From: Magallana gigas
Taxonomy: Eukaryota
Length of the DNA stretch: 64,000 nucleotides
Assembly: GCF_963853765.1 (NCBI RefSeq)
Contig: NC_088854.1
Coordinates: 39,308,001 to 39,372,000 of the forward strand
Direction: 5' to 3'
Below the pieces are notes generated by a model. The model made no database searches. It had not been told where the DNA came from and saw only the letters and a list, made by a program, of their open reading frames with translations. Within the stretch, counting starts at the first letter, position 1; each line of letters begins with the position of its first letter. Made by a program: the position numbers and the translations under genes. Of this stretch, positions 15,201-26,831 are shown piece after piece.

Positions 15201-16410
15201 ATTTTGCAACACTTTTGGCTTTGTTTTCAACCATTGCTATGGTGGTCATAAGTTTGTTTACTCAACCACGCCCAGAAAAGAAGGTATAGGTTACTCTATT
15301 TATATTAATTTTTTTTCAATTATGAAACAAATTTCTTGATGTTGCAGATTTTTATGGTTCCATTATGTACAAGAAGGGTTTTGTTAGAATTTACAGAAGA
15401 AAAATATTTTAGTTGAAAACATGTTTACGGTGATTCAAGATAATTTAAACAGTTAAAGGTAAAAACAAATTATATTTGTAAATCAGAATTTTTTTATGAT
15501 GAAAGATTTCCCAATAAACCTTCGATAAGTACACTTGATTTTTCTGTAGCTTCATCGATTAACATGGTGGACAAAAGATGATGAAGAGGAACCGGAACTG
15601 ACTGACGACGAGGATGAAGAAGTCCATATCTCTGTCCATGTAAAAGGAGAAGATTCTAAAACCATGCAGATACAGGAGAGTGATCCAGCAGCTGAGAACG
15701 AGGAAGGTTAGAATTTGTTTTTTTTTTTGCATTGTTCTTGACTACTCCGCCCATTGTAAGCTTTCATTTTTTTTTTTTTTGGGGGGGGGGGTTATGGAAT
15801 TCAACGTCCTTTTACAATAAACGTTATTATGAATACCTAAATTCTTTTTAATTGTTTTTGTCTATCCCGATCTTCAACTGACATATTTTATGGAAGGACA
15901 CCATGCAGTATGACTTCAGTGTTTGAAAAAGAGAGATAACTCATGACACTGTTTAGTTGAAGTTCTTTCCATTTGAATTTGATTTTTTTTTACTCACATG
16001 TGCATAATTTTTTGTTTGAATTTAAATGACCCAGTTACAAGTTAACATTGCAGTCATAAACTTTAATCAATATGGCATTCTCTGCATACAAAAATTAATT
16101 TTTTTTTCAAAAGATGAAAGTACAACTATATAATGCACCTTTTATGTTGGTAGAAATTTCACAGATATGATACATTCCTTTAAATGTTACTCATTTTTCA
16201 GGCGGTTTCCAACGACTTAAGACCAAGTGTAGAAACTGGGTGTGTGGAATTGACGAGGATGCAAAACAGAATATGACAGCACAGGAACTACAAGCATTGC
16301 GTAGAAAGATGACGTCATTAGAGGAAGACTCGAAATTGAAGACCATTCTAAATGCATCTGCTATATTTATCAGTCTCGTGACGGTTTTCTTACTAGGCTA
16401 TTTTCATTAG
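9972..16410 (+). CDS. SLC5/SGLT-family Na+/solute symporter, tandem copy 3 (complete, 14 exons, 657 aa)
   Basis: Exons 9972-10049, 10207-10278, 10677-10781, 11126-11185, 11283-11387, 11754-11859, 12046-12126, 12350-12564, 12750-12885, 13042-13149, 13914-14233, 15062-15283, 15550-15706, 16202-16410. Exon lengths and phases are identical to copy 2; no stop or frameshift. Confidence 0.96.
12265..12297. repeat. (CT)n microsatellite in intron 7 of SLC5 copy 3
   Basis: Direct ctctct run upstream of the exon 8 acceptor; absent from the matching intron of copy 2. Confidence 0.9.
14319..14685 (+). mobile_element. Short non-autonomous element with G/C homopolymer tracts and imperfect terminal inverted repeats
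   Basis: Starts CATAGGCGTCGGAACC and ends TTCCGACGCCACTG; long G and C runs. Present in intron 11 of copy 3 but not copy 2. The reverse complement of its 5' end recurs at about 33333-33348. Confidence 0.75.
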
Positions 16411-16711
16411 TATTTATTGACAAGAAGCGGAATTTCTTTTGGAATCTAATGTTACGAAAACTTTAAATATTTCAAAAGTATTTTAGTGCAGTATCAATTT
16501 CAATTAAATTGACTGGAGAACTCGAAGTATATAGAAATAGAACAGATATATTTTTCTCTACGTCGAAAATGTGTTGACTTATTTTTATATACTAGTATTT
16601 ACTGTACATGCATATTGTTCATTTTCATACTTTAATAAATAAATATACATAACTAAATCAAGAACTAATAAAGTGATGATTGTTGTTGTACATAGTATTT
16701 ATTTGTATATA

Positions 16712-16965
16712 CAGCACGCATGTAGAATCAGGATGGTGGGGGCAGGGCTCTGTTTGTGGACAGTGTTGAAAATAATTAAAAAATATCGGAAATGTCGACA
16801 TTTACTAGTAGACTTTAAAATGGTACGACGCATGACACCACCCCAATCCCAACGGATTGGGATTTTAAAGATTGAGGAAGCTAGTAAGTATTTTTGGCTT
16901 AGCAAGATTTTGGGAAAGTCTGTGCATCCCCCCTTTCCACTTAAAAAAACAATGCTACGTGCCTG
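16712..16965. mobile_element. Short non-autonomous element with imperfect inverted ends
   Basis: CAGCACGCATGTAG ... GCTACGTGCCTG ends; same general layout as the other short G/C-tract elements. The motif CAGGCACGTAGCA also occurs near 1275. Confidence 0.5.
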
Positions 16966-18428
16966 TATAATGTTTCTCTCCACGATCAAAAGGAAAGAAT
17001 TACGTATACTAAATAGTTGTGAATGCTTTTGATGATACTTCGTCACTTGTAACCTCGATAAGTGACTGGTTAATTCATACCCACAGTACAACATGTACAC
17101 TGATTGATATTTACCTTTTATTGTATGGTGAAATAAAATAAAACTAAAAAAATTTAAATCTTTATCCTAACCCCACCGGTCACACAGGCCAGAATATTCG
17201 TCTATCAACTGCAATTGTTGAAATCGCACGTGTCTGTGTTATGTAATTGCGGTTTATCAAGAATGAACACGAAACTTACTTTGTAGTGTTATCTCAATAT
17301 AAAATGCACAAATACTAGTTCTTTATAATCATTATCCCTTCATACATGCATTCATGTTTTCCATAGAGAAAATGATATTCCGAAAGATATTTTTATAAAT
17401 TATAATTGAATTTCAGCATACTTTGCGCGCATAACTTGACAGAAATATCCTTATAGCAGCCGTTGATCTCATTGGGAGTAATATTCCTCTTTTTTCGATT
17501 CATGAACTAAACGCTTACAAATTCAATGTCCCTGCATTATGACAAGGCATGGTAAAAGGTAATAAACATGCAGACATAAATATAACAGATATTTTTAAAT
17601 ACAGTGTAAAAAGGTAAAAACTCCAAGAAAATTATCAAATCAAAATTTATAAGCAAATGTGCTTGTCCATACATTATGTCTTTATCAACGGACAATTGTT
17701 TCTTGAAATTCTGTTAAGTACTTTCAGCCCCGGTCCCTATAAATTCGCGCATGGAGAAGTTGCACTGTTACTAGTAAACAGTTTCGGAAGTATATTTGAT
17801 AATGCCAAAACTTCTAAGTTCATAAGGAAAATGCATATAATAACATTGTATCCTTACTAACCAAAGTAAATATGAAATTTATGTTCAATGGATTTGAAGA
17901 CAAACTGTTTCCGCAGTTTTTCATTTTTAAATAGCATCTAATACAGTTCTTACGAAGGTAAAATTTTGCAAAAGTTCCGGCGGTACTCGAAGTCAAGACG
18001 TACAGCTCAGAAGCTGGCGGGTTTTTTTTATCATTAATTAACTGCAGTTTTAACGTGCTTTATACGGTATTGCACATCGATACTGTGAGAGAAAGCATTT
18101 ATGAAATGGAGCTGTCCTCACCCCATTATTTAATTTACTGTTTCGTATATATTTTACGGATTGTTTCCCACATTATTGCCTAAATTAAACGCCATACGAG
18201 CGGAAGTTGGGGCTTTCCTCAAATTCCTGAAATATGAACATGTAATTAACAACACGGAGATGCCGAAAATGATATATCACTAAATTGAGATTCATCTCAC
18301 TGACGGATTTGCGTCTTCGAAATATATATGTAGTTGTGGGTCGAATCCAACTGTTGTTCAACAGGTATGAAGAATGTTAATACTATACACATCTGGCTCT
18401 CTTAGAACTATAAAGCCAGAACTGTTAA

Positions 18429-18430
<2 letters not shown>

Positions 18431-18476
<46 letters not shown>
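18431..18476. repeat. (TG)n microsatellite
   Basis: Direct tgtg run. Confidence 0.95.
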
Positions 18477-18477
<1 letters not shown>

Positions 18478-18649
18478 TTTTTATGACCATGTCAGAGAAA
18501 TCTTGTCTTTTTGATGTGCCTGTACCGCTTGGTGTGTTATAGGACCGACGATATCCAAATATAAATATTATATGCTTAAACATATACGTACATGACAAGC
18601 ACGCGCTTGTGTCATACATTGTATATAATAATAAACCAGACTGCGCAAT

Positions 18650-19818
18650 GTATATACCAGAATGATTTCCTACTGCTCACAATTTTTTACAAACTCTGAA
18701 AACAAATTTGTATCTGGGGTTTCTTTTTGTAAGTTTTTGGTCTTGCAATATCAAAGGGGAAACATGTCAAACTCTTGGATTGCAGGAGTTAAAATATATT
18801 TTAGATATGTGTGGTTTTTCAAATATTTGGTTTGAACAAAATAAAATAAATGTAAAGTGGATTTCTGCAATTGTAAAACAAAGGTTACAAGAGTAATATA
18901 TCCCAAAATGGTCTAGTGAAATTAATGATTCTTCAAAAGGGCAAATTTAAAAGATTTTTAAGAAAAAAATTAGTTAGGAAAATTACATTAAGATACTGCC
19001 ACATAAGCTCAGAAAGATTTTTATGAAATTTAGAACCTCAAACCATCATCTCCCAGTGGAGACTGGGAGATGGCACAATGTTCCTCTAAACCAAAGAGTG
19101 TGTAAATTGTGTAATTCAGGTCAAATTGTCGACGAATTCCATTATATTCTTGAATGTAAAGAGCTATTGACATTTAGACATTAATATCTTGATGATAAAT
19201 ACTGTTCAGCTCCAAATACTATTATATAAATAGTGCCTGTTTTGGAGGGTAACTGTTGAAATTGACACCCCCAGAAGCGAAGCGGAGGTTGACAATGGTT
19301 TTCGAGGGGTGTCAATTTCAACAGTTACCCTCCCATACAGGCACTATTTATTTTATTATACTGAATGTCCTATTTTAAAATTTTTTTTACTGCTTTTAAA
19401 TAGAAATGAAGTGAGTCCACGGCGAACCGTACGCACATAATTTACGCGCATTCGTTGTGTTACCCGTTGCCAAGTGTGTTGCTAACGCTGAAGGTAATAG
19501 AACGGATTACCAACTGCGTCTAAACCAATCAGATTTCAGTATTTAACATGAAAGTATAATAATAAGTTTTGTGAACTTAGGTCTTGTTCTAATGTTACAA
19601 ACCTGAACAAATTATTTTATTTTATTATCGAAATATACAGTCTGAAGTAATAGTCTGTCCTCTATTATTATACTTTTCCTATTTTCATTGTATATATTGT
19701 ATATTTATGCTTATTCACTATTTATCTACTACTTATCTATTCATTTCCGACTTTTGAACTGTATATAATGAATGTCCTCATGTATTATTTCATGGTTTGA
19801 GCGAATAAACTGAATTGT
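18650..19818 (+). mobile_element. Degenerate 5'-truncated non-LTR retrotransposon (LINE) 3' end, interrupted by an insertion at about 19224-19560
   Basis: Broken peptide LKYILDMCGFSNIW...KFRTSNHHLPVETGRWHNVPLNQRVCKLCNSGQIVDEFHYILECK...YCSAPNTI, resuming after the insertion as NKFCEL.SCSNVTNLNKL. This is the CCHC-like LINE C-terminus. AATAAA-CTGAA tail near 19805. Confidence 0.8.
19224..19560. mobile_element. Non-autonomous element with a terminal fold-back hairpin (possibly Crypton-like), inserted in the LINE
   Basis: Hairpin ATAAATAGTGCCTG...CAGGCACTATTTAT (about 19226-19351) at one end and CCAATCAGATTTCAGTATTTAACATGAAAGTATAAT at the other; the LINE frame continues on both sides. Confidence 0.7.
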
Positions 19819-20058
19819 TATATGCGCGTAAACTATGCGCGTACGATTCGCCGTAGATTTATTTAAAAGCAGTAAAAAAATTTCTTTAAAAATAAGACAT
19901 TCAGTATAATAAAATAAATAGTGCCTGTTTGGGAAAGTAACTGTTGAAATTGACACCCCTCGAAAACCACTGTCAACCTCCGCTTCACGTCGGTTGACAA
20001 TGGTTTCCTCGGGGTGTCAATTTCAACAGTTACCCTCCCAAACAGGCACTATTTTTAT
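19819..20058. mobile_element. Second, truncated copy of the same hairpin-ended element in opposite orientation
   Basis: 19821-19930 is the reverse complement of about 19340-19450; it ends in a ~140-bp near-perfect hairpin at about 19915-20056. Confidence 0.7.
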
Positions 20059-20350
20059 AACATTTATGTTATATGTGCTTTTGCCTTTGTGCATTATGCC
20101 TATCTTATTAACATTACTATGAATCTAACTATTGATTGATTGAATTTTGATTGATTTTTGACGTTTGTTCACTTTCACTTACCCATCGCACGATCTAGCT
20201 ATCGATATCCCTGTATTGATTGCAAGTCGGTCCGGGGTAGCCTCGAAGTGAAATCGTAGCGGCCAGTCACACCACAAAATTACAAGAAACATATCAATGT
20301 TTTTCCCCTTGATATATATTTATTAGGTATCATATCGAGTGTTTAAACTG

Positions 20351-23300
20351 TTACAACAAACATGACATAACAAAACACAAGTAACCGAACATGAACAGCG
20401 CCACAGATCTCGTTCTATGCACACTTCCGGTATTGTTGATGGGGCATTTGTCCTCATCTTCCTCATCCTCTGCTGGTGTTGTATATTTCCAATTTCCGCA
20501 CACTGGAAACTTATGCGGTGCTTTTGGCATTTGTTTCAATTCTCCGACTTGCAAAACAAACCCCATCCCTATTTCTGCGTGGAAATCAATGTGGCAATGG
20601 AAAAACCAAAACCCTGCGAAACCAAAATAAACAGATTGTCAAATAAAATGTTAAAAAGTTGTCAAGAGTTTTATATGTGTACAATAAATTTGCCTAATAC
20701 GCACAACATACAGATGAATTAAATTAAAATACGTACTTTTAAAAAGCTGTGTATAAACGACATATGATTCGTAATGCAAACCATGAAAATATTTACCATG
20801 TCAGAATTTTCCTCAATCCAGAGCCTATTAGTTATTTTTTTTGTATGAAAATAAAGCCCCACTAAATGAATAGGAATTTGGGTTCATTTTTATATTTAAT
20901 GTCAGAATCACCCGAACTTGGGCGTTTTTCTTGCACATTTCTAACGATATGAAGAAAAAAAATTCCTCAGCGATACATACTTTAAATTGACTTGTTTGTA
21001 TATACTCGAAATTCAAGTGTACCTGGATTGTTGGCGTGTATCCGGACAATGCTGTATCCACCGTCAGGAACTGTGATAGTGTCTTTTAAAGCTGACATAT
21101 TTAGATTCCTGGTAATGTTTCCGGCTGCGTCCAAATCCTTCACCTCTTGCATGGTGGTTGATTTGCCAATCTGCATATAAGCATATAATATGAATGACAG
21201 CAATCGCTGTATACAGCAATTCCTGGTTCCTTGGGACTTCGAACACAATGTATAAACCAACTTATCAACCATTTTTCTTATTTCTTTGTAAGCTAGTGTT
21301 TTTCATATCAAAATAATTCTTTTAAAAGTCGGCGGTTAATAACTTAATTAAACTCTGTAAAAAAAAAAAATAATAAATAATAATAAAACAACGAGCAGAT
21401 TACCAATATGTAGATATCATATGGAATATACATTTATTACGTTTATTCAACAACTTTTTTTTTTACATTTGCACACGTACCTTTCCCATTGCTACCACTC
21501 TGTAACTAAACCCATGAAGATGCATCGGATGGTTGGCGTCAAATGTTTTACCCTCGTCAACCATAACAAACTCGACAACGTCTCCTAGTCCAACTTTCTC
21601 AACGTGCACACACTCACAGTATTCTGAGGAACAGTCACGACCGACGTTGTCAGAATTGCAGAATAATTCCTGTAAAAGATTTTTCTTATTATTACCTTTT
21701 TGTGCAAATCGCAATTCAAACGGTTTTTTTTTCAAAATTGCTTGTGATAATCCAAGGTTAATAAGGTCTGATTTGTTGAATATCCATGTATGTACCTGTG
21801 GAATGTCCTTAAATTGTGTGAGGGGCGGAGCGGGAGGCAGTATCATCGATAAGTTGTTGATTTGGGGCAGGTACAAATGTTTGGATCTCTCGACGGCCGA
21901 AATTGGATACAGCAAAGGATCATGGAACCGGTAGTTGTCGATCTTATTGAAGTCCATGGACATGTAGATAGTTTTGTTTGGTGTTTTCGACAAAGCGCCG
22001 TCGTTATCCCGAAGAGAAATCAATCGGGACACGGGAACGAGGTCATCAGTTTCTTCTTTATTCCAAGGGTTCAGTTTCTGATTAACGTATCAAATAATTT
22101 CATTGAATATACCTGATGTTGTACAGATATTAGTATTATTAAACAGACAGATATATTTGATTTATATGTGCGTTTATAGTATTCTTTTGCAAGTACCTTT
22201 CCAAGGCGCCGTCCTGCTTCATATCCGGTATTTTGTTCCGGCAGACTATCGGAAGCTCCTTGGTACCGCAGTATGGCCTCTTGATGGGCTGATTTCACGG
22301 AACAATCTGCTTCACCGCGCGTGCGAATCCAGTAACTCCCAACAGGTTGTGTGGCAGCGATGACAACGTCAAACCGTTCACCTGCAAACACGTTCAAAGA
22401 CTCCACCGTTACAGGTTTCACTGGGAAACCGTCTGTAGCTATGACAGTCAAAGAGTGGTTGTCCACTGAGAATTGAATGGGACAGTTCAATACGCCGTTG
22501 CTGATCAGGCGCATTCTGTAGCGTTTCCCATGCTCGACCGTTAGAATTTCATGAGGTGTGTAAATTGTCTCATTGCTTCCATCACGGTTTTCAAACTTTC
22601 GAAAAGTTCCTTTGCCTGCAAGTAGATAGAATAATGGCGTTAAATTTATGGAAGAATAAAAAACTTTTCAAATAAGTATGAACTTTTAAAGCGAATGGAA
22701 GACTGATGTGAGAGTTAAAATGTCGGAAAAGAATTCACTAATTTTTTTTTTAATCGAGTTTAGACCTCACCATTGATCAGCATAGAGGCGGGTTTATTAT
22801 CACCGCCTGCATAGTGATGATTGGTGAATCGATTGATAGATAATTCCACCAACCAGTCATTTATAATAACTGTGTGTTCAGGCAAGTCATGGTCGTAAAG
22901 TCCAAGATGGGGTTCGGCCGCGTCTTCTTGTCGAATCACTAATGGTCCAAAAACACCGTCCATTCTCTGCGTTCCAGAGTGAGAGTGCCAAAAGTAGGTT
23001 CCTGGATAGTCGGGTTTGAATCTAAAAAAATTGTATGTTTTGAAAAGGAATAATGTATCTTTATTTGTTTCTTTAATCCTATAATACTTTTAAGTATGCA
23101 TCAACTCTTTTACATTATGCCTACGTTGCTCAAGTGCTTACATGTAGTGGCATGGAGTACTACGCATTTTGTTTTGCATTTTTTTTTTTTTTTTGCTTTT
23201 GCAAATCAATTCACATATTATGTTTAGAAAATCTTATAAATAAATAGAATGAATGACTGATTACTGTCTTAACAAATTGTTCTACATTTAGTCATACACA

Positions 23301-24154
23301 TGAATGAAATTATATTATTTTCATAAATGCAAGATTGCGTTCACAATTATCATATCGTTTAATGTAAAAAACTATTCTTCGGGACCGTGTTTCAACTATT
23401 CTGATTTTCTTACTTGTATTGAAATGATGAATGAGCGTTAATAGGACACTGTGTTAACATGGAGACCCCGTCCATGTGTGGCGTTTGTCGTTGGTGAAGG
23501 CCGTGCCAGTGTATACTTATTCCATCAGCGCCCTCTAATTTGTTATACAGGTTGACAACAACCGTATCTCCCGCACAAATCTACAACCAGATTTTAATAA
23601 TTTCTTAAAAGGTAAATTTAGTTCCTACAGGTTATCAAAGCACCGTACACTCTGCAAAGGTGAAACACGTGCTTAAAAATCTATAATTCTATTTTTAAAA
23701 AAAAGAAAGAAAGAATATGTTTCTCTTTAACTGTATAGAACAGAGTTATAACAATTAAAATGATATTTTTCTTTATTAGAGTTTGCATGTGCTTTAGAAT
23801 AAGAAGTCTCTGTTTGCTTGTATTTTAAAACGATTTGAAGGAATTTTAAGCCTCATTCAAATATTTAAAGCTTTTTTAGATGGTTGCACAAACAAATGAC
23901 AAATGGCTTTGGAGATCGTTGTGCACTTTATTACGTACATGGATCCCGGGTCCGGGCACCATTCTGTTCACTGTGATTATCCCCCTTTTTGTTCCATCTG
24001 CCGCGACACAGTGAGGGCGGTCGCAGTCGGTAGCATTGTACGGACAATCGAAGCATGCTTTGGCCAAAGTATGGTAGTACTCAACTGTGAAGTTATACTC
24101 GCATGTCATCGGAAAATGGCTGTCGCATTTTCTTCTGCATGGATGATTGTTGTA
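20351..24154 (-). CDS. Laccase / multicopper oxidase of the animal (insect laccase-like) type; 5' part runs into an assembly gap
   Basis: Minus-strand exons 24154-23939 (open at the gap), 23580-23414, 23021-22771, 22615-22197, 22077-21796, 21669-21481, 21170-21023, 20613-20351 join in frame with GT-AG. Cu motifs IHWHG, YFWHSH, HPMHLHG, WFFHCHIDFHAEIGM; N-terminal Cys-rich HPCRRKC...CFDCPYNATDC. Confidence 0.95.
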
Positions 24155-24282
24155 NNNNNNNNNNNNNNNNNNNNNNNNNNNNNNNNNNNNNNNNNNNNNN
24201 NNNNNNNNNNNNNNNNNNNNNNNNNNNNNNNNNNNNNNNNNNNNNNNNNNNNNNNNNNNNNNNNNNNNNNNNNNNNNNNNNN
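24155..24282. other. Assembly gap inside the laccase coding region (other gaps: 27962-28092, 28566-28765, 34658-34907, 44516-44672)
   Basis: Runs of N. Confidence 1.
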
Positions 24283-24930
24283 AATTTCAAATAAAAGTGG
24301 TGTATATAATAAATAAATGATGTTGAAATACATGTATATTAGCTACTTCGAACTATCATGAAGAATAGTTTGAATGCGTTGTAATTATTTAACTAACGCT
24401 TCATATTTTTTTAATAGCAGAGGTTTTTATTGCATCCTTATGTTTCCAAAGTTGTGATGAACCATCTTCCAAAATGCTAACATATTGAAAATCTACCCAA
24501 ACATTCATATTTTTCTTCACAATTCAATTGTTTAAAAGCGTTAATCATCTGCAAGTCATTATTTTGAGATTTAGCTTCTTTTTTTTTTTTGCTTGGGTAC
24601 AATTGTTTTCTTTATTATAACAATTTATATGACTTAATTGTGCATATTATTTTGAAATCTAAAACGATAATAATATTCTAAAATATATTGTTTTTACGCC
24701 ACCTTAAGCCCTTCAGTATTTCAAAACGTTAATGGACTGTCTGGTGTAAGTTTCATGCACACACATACATGTTTATATACACGCAACTTAACACATTCAG
24801 AATGTACGTATGCCACTCAACAGATTGCTTGTTTTAGTCGAAGGATTAGAGAATGGATTTAATTAAAAATCAAAATCTGTCTTAAAATGAGTATTACACC
24901 TTGTGAAGAAATTCTTTACATGAAGATTCG

Positions 24931-25699
24931 CTAGTTATGGTGGCATGTCTCTGCCCCTTGTGTGCAAGTTATTTTTCTATTAATTATGTCGACATGCAAG
25001 ATAAAGCTGTGGCATGCGAGGTAGTTATGTCAACATGCAACATGACTATATTGACATGCAAGAAAACTGCAATCAAATAAGAGTTATAAAAAATCTCAAA
25101 TATCGCCAGCAAGTGACATCAAAGATGCTAGATACGCTATCTATTGATGTCAACATGCAACTTATCTATGTTAACATGTAACTTCTTAATGTCGACATGC
25201 AACTTAGTTATGTTAACATGCAAGATAAATATGTTGACATGAAACATATTTATGTCGACATACAACTTAGTTATGTTGACATACAACTTATAAGTTCCAT
25301 GTCAACATATTTATCTCGCATGTAAATATAACTAAGTTGCATGTCAACATACTTATCTCGCATGTCAACATACGTAAGTTGCATGTTGACATAGATAAGT
25401 TGCATGTTGACATAAAAAAGTTTCATGCATGTCAGCATATCTATCTTGCATGTTAACATAGCATAAATAAGTTGCATGTTGACATAGAAAGGTAGAATTT
25501 AGCATCTTGGATGTCACAGGAGGGCGATATTTGAGATTTTGTATAATTCTTATCTGATTGCAATTTTCTTGCATGTCAACATAGTTATGTTGCATGTTGA
25601 CATAATTATCTGCATGTCAACATAATTATCTTGCATGTCGACATATTTGATAGAAAAATAACTTGCACACAAGGGGCAGAGATATGCTACCATAGCTAG
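24931..25699. mobile_element. ~770-bp fold-back (whole-element palindrome) with internal ATGTTGACAT-type subrepeats
   Basis: Left end CTAGTTATGGTGGCATGTCTCTGCCCCTTGTGTGCAAGTTATTTTTCTAT is the reverse complement of the right end ATAGAAAAATAACTTGCACACAAGGGGCAGAGATATGCTACCATAGCTAG; symmetry continues to a centre near 25290. Confidence 0.85.
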
Positions 25700-25789
25700 T
25701 AGATCGGTATACAAGCATTATAATACTGAAAACAAACCGACAACTCCACTCCTTTGCAATTCCCTTAATCATAATATAAGTGTTGTGAT

Positions 25790-25792
<3 letters not shown>

Positions 25793-25875
<83 letters not shown>
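25793..25875. repeat. (TA)n microsatellite
   Basis: Direct run; it produces the spurious YIYI ORFs. Confidence 0.95.
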
Positions 25876-25878
<3 letters not shown>

Positions 25879-26612
25879 AAGATGAGCAGCATTTTAAGTG
25901 GGTAGTACATCCAATTATAATTTGGTGGGAAAGTTTTGTGTTTAATTTGCTTGTCATTATTTCTCTACTTAGAGAATTGTGAGCAGAACGGAAGGCCATT
26001 AATTTTTAGGCGACAGCAGGAAATGAATAGGATTTGTTACAAGTGTGTTGATTTTTTACAGTATTTTGTTTAATTTCATAGTTTTCTTTTTTGTTTGCTA
26101 TTCCAGAGTTCAGTAGAGACAAATTTTCATTTTATTTAAAAATCTGAATGGTTTCCTCCGAGCAAAGTTGTATGTTAAAAAAAACTAATGTTTACGATAT
26201 CTACTAGAGGTAAAAAAAAAAAAGATTCAAATTTGATATCAAATCAAGTCACATCTTTTAACATTAAGAGCATTTACTGTGGAAATTTTTTCCTTTATCT
26301 GGGTCTCTCTTGAATGTCTCAGTGAACTTTTAAACTTTTCAAAACAAGACAGTAGGAAAGCGTTAGATTATCTAATAAGTACTAGCGTCCGTCACTTCCT
26401 CTGAACTCCATGTCACTCTACCAGTTCTTGTTTACAATTGTGAGACAATAATTTCAAAACAAGATCAAGATAGGGGTATTTTAAAAGTGCTTTAATTGGG
26501 ACTTTATCTCTCAAACTCACATACCCTGCCCGTGGACACATTCCCCTATCGTTACGCCGGGGACGTATATACGTCCCTGGTTTATAGGCCTGTTTGGATA
26601 ATATTTATCTGG

Positions 26613-26831
26613 ATTAATTGACATTGTGTGATTGTTATTCTTTTCTCATTGTTTTTCGTTACAAAATTCAATGATCTGACAACGAATTGTCAGATCATTG
26701 AATTTTGTAACGAAAAACAATAAGCAAAGAATAACAATCACACAATGTCAATTAATGCGTCGATGGTGTAAGATTCTTAATGTAAAAATCGCGTTCGATT
26801 TAACCATTAAGAATCTTACACGATCGACGCA
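26613..26831. repeat. Two abutting long inverted repeats (hairpins of about 144 bp and 75 bp)
   Basis: ATTAATTGACATTGTGTGATTG...GATCTGACAA-CGAA-TTGTCAGATC...CAATCACACAATGTCAATTAAT, followed at once by GCGTCGATGGTGTAAGATTCTTAATG...CATTAAGAATCTTACACGATCGACGC. Confidence 0.85.

Noticed and set aside
1-16410. SLC5 triplication as a haplotype-duplication artefact
   Set aside because: Copies differ by up to about 17% at mostly silent sites in some exons and have largely unalignable introns, well above allelic levels.
16673-17100. 119-aa and 133-aa overlapping ORFs after SLC5 copy 3
   Set aside because: They span a short repeat element and the 3' UTR, with no domain similarity I can recognise.
21533-22363. 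Plus-strand ORFs overlapping the laccase, and minus-strand ORFs overlapping the SLC5 and TLR exons
   Set aside because: They are antisense or alternate-frame shadows of real exons with no recognisable motifs.
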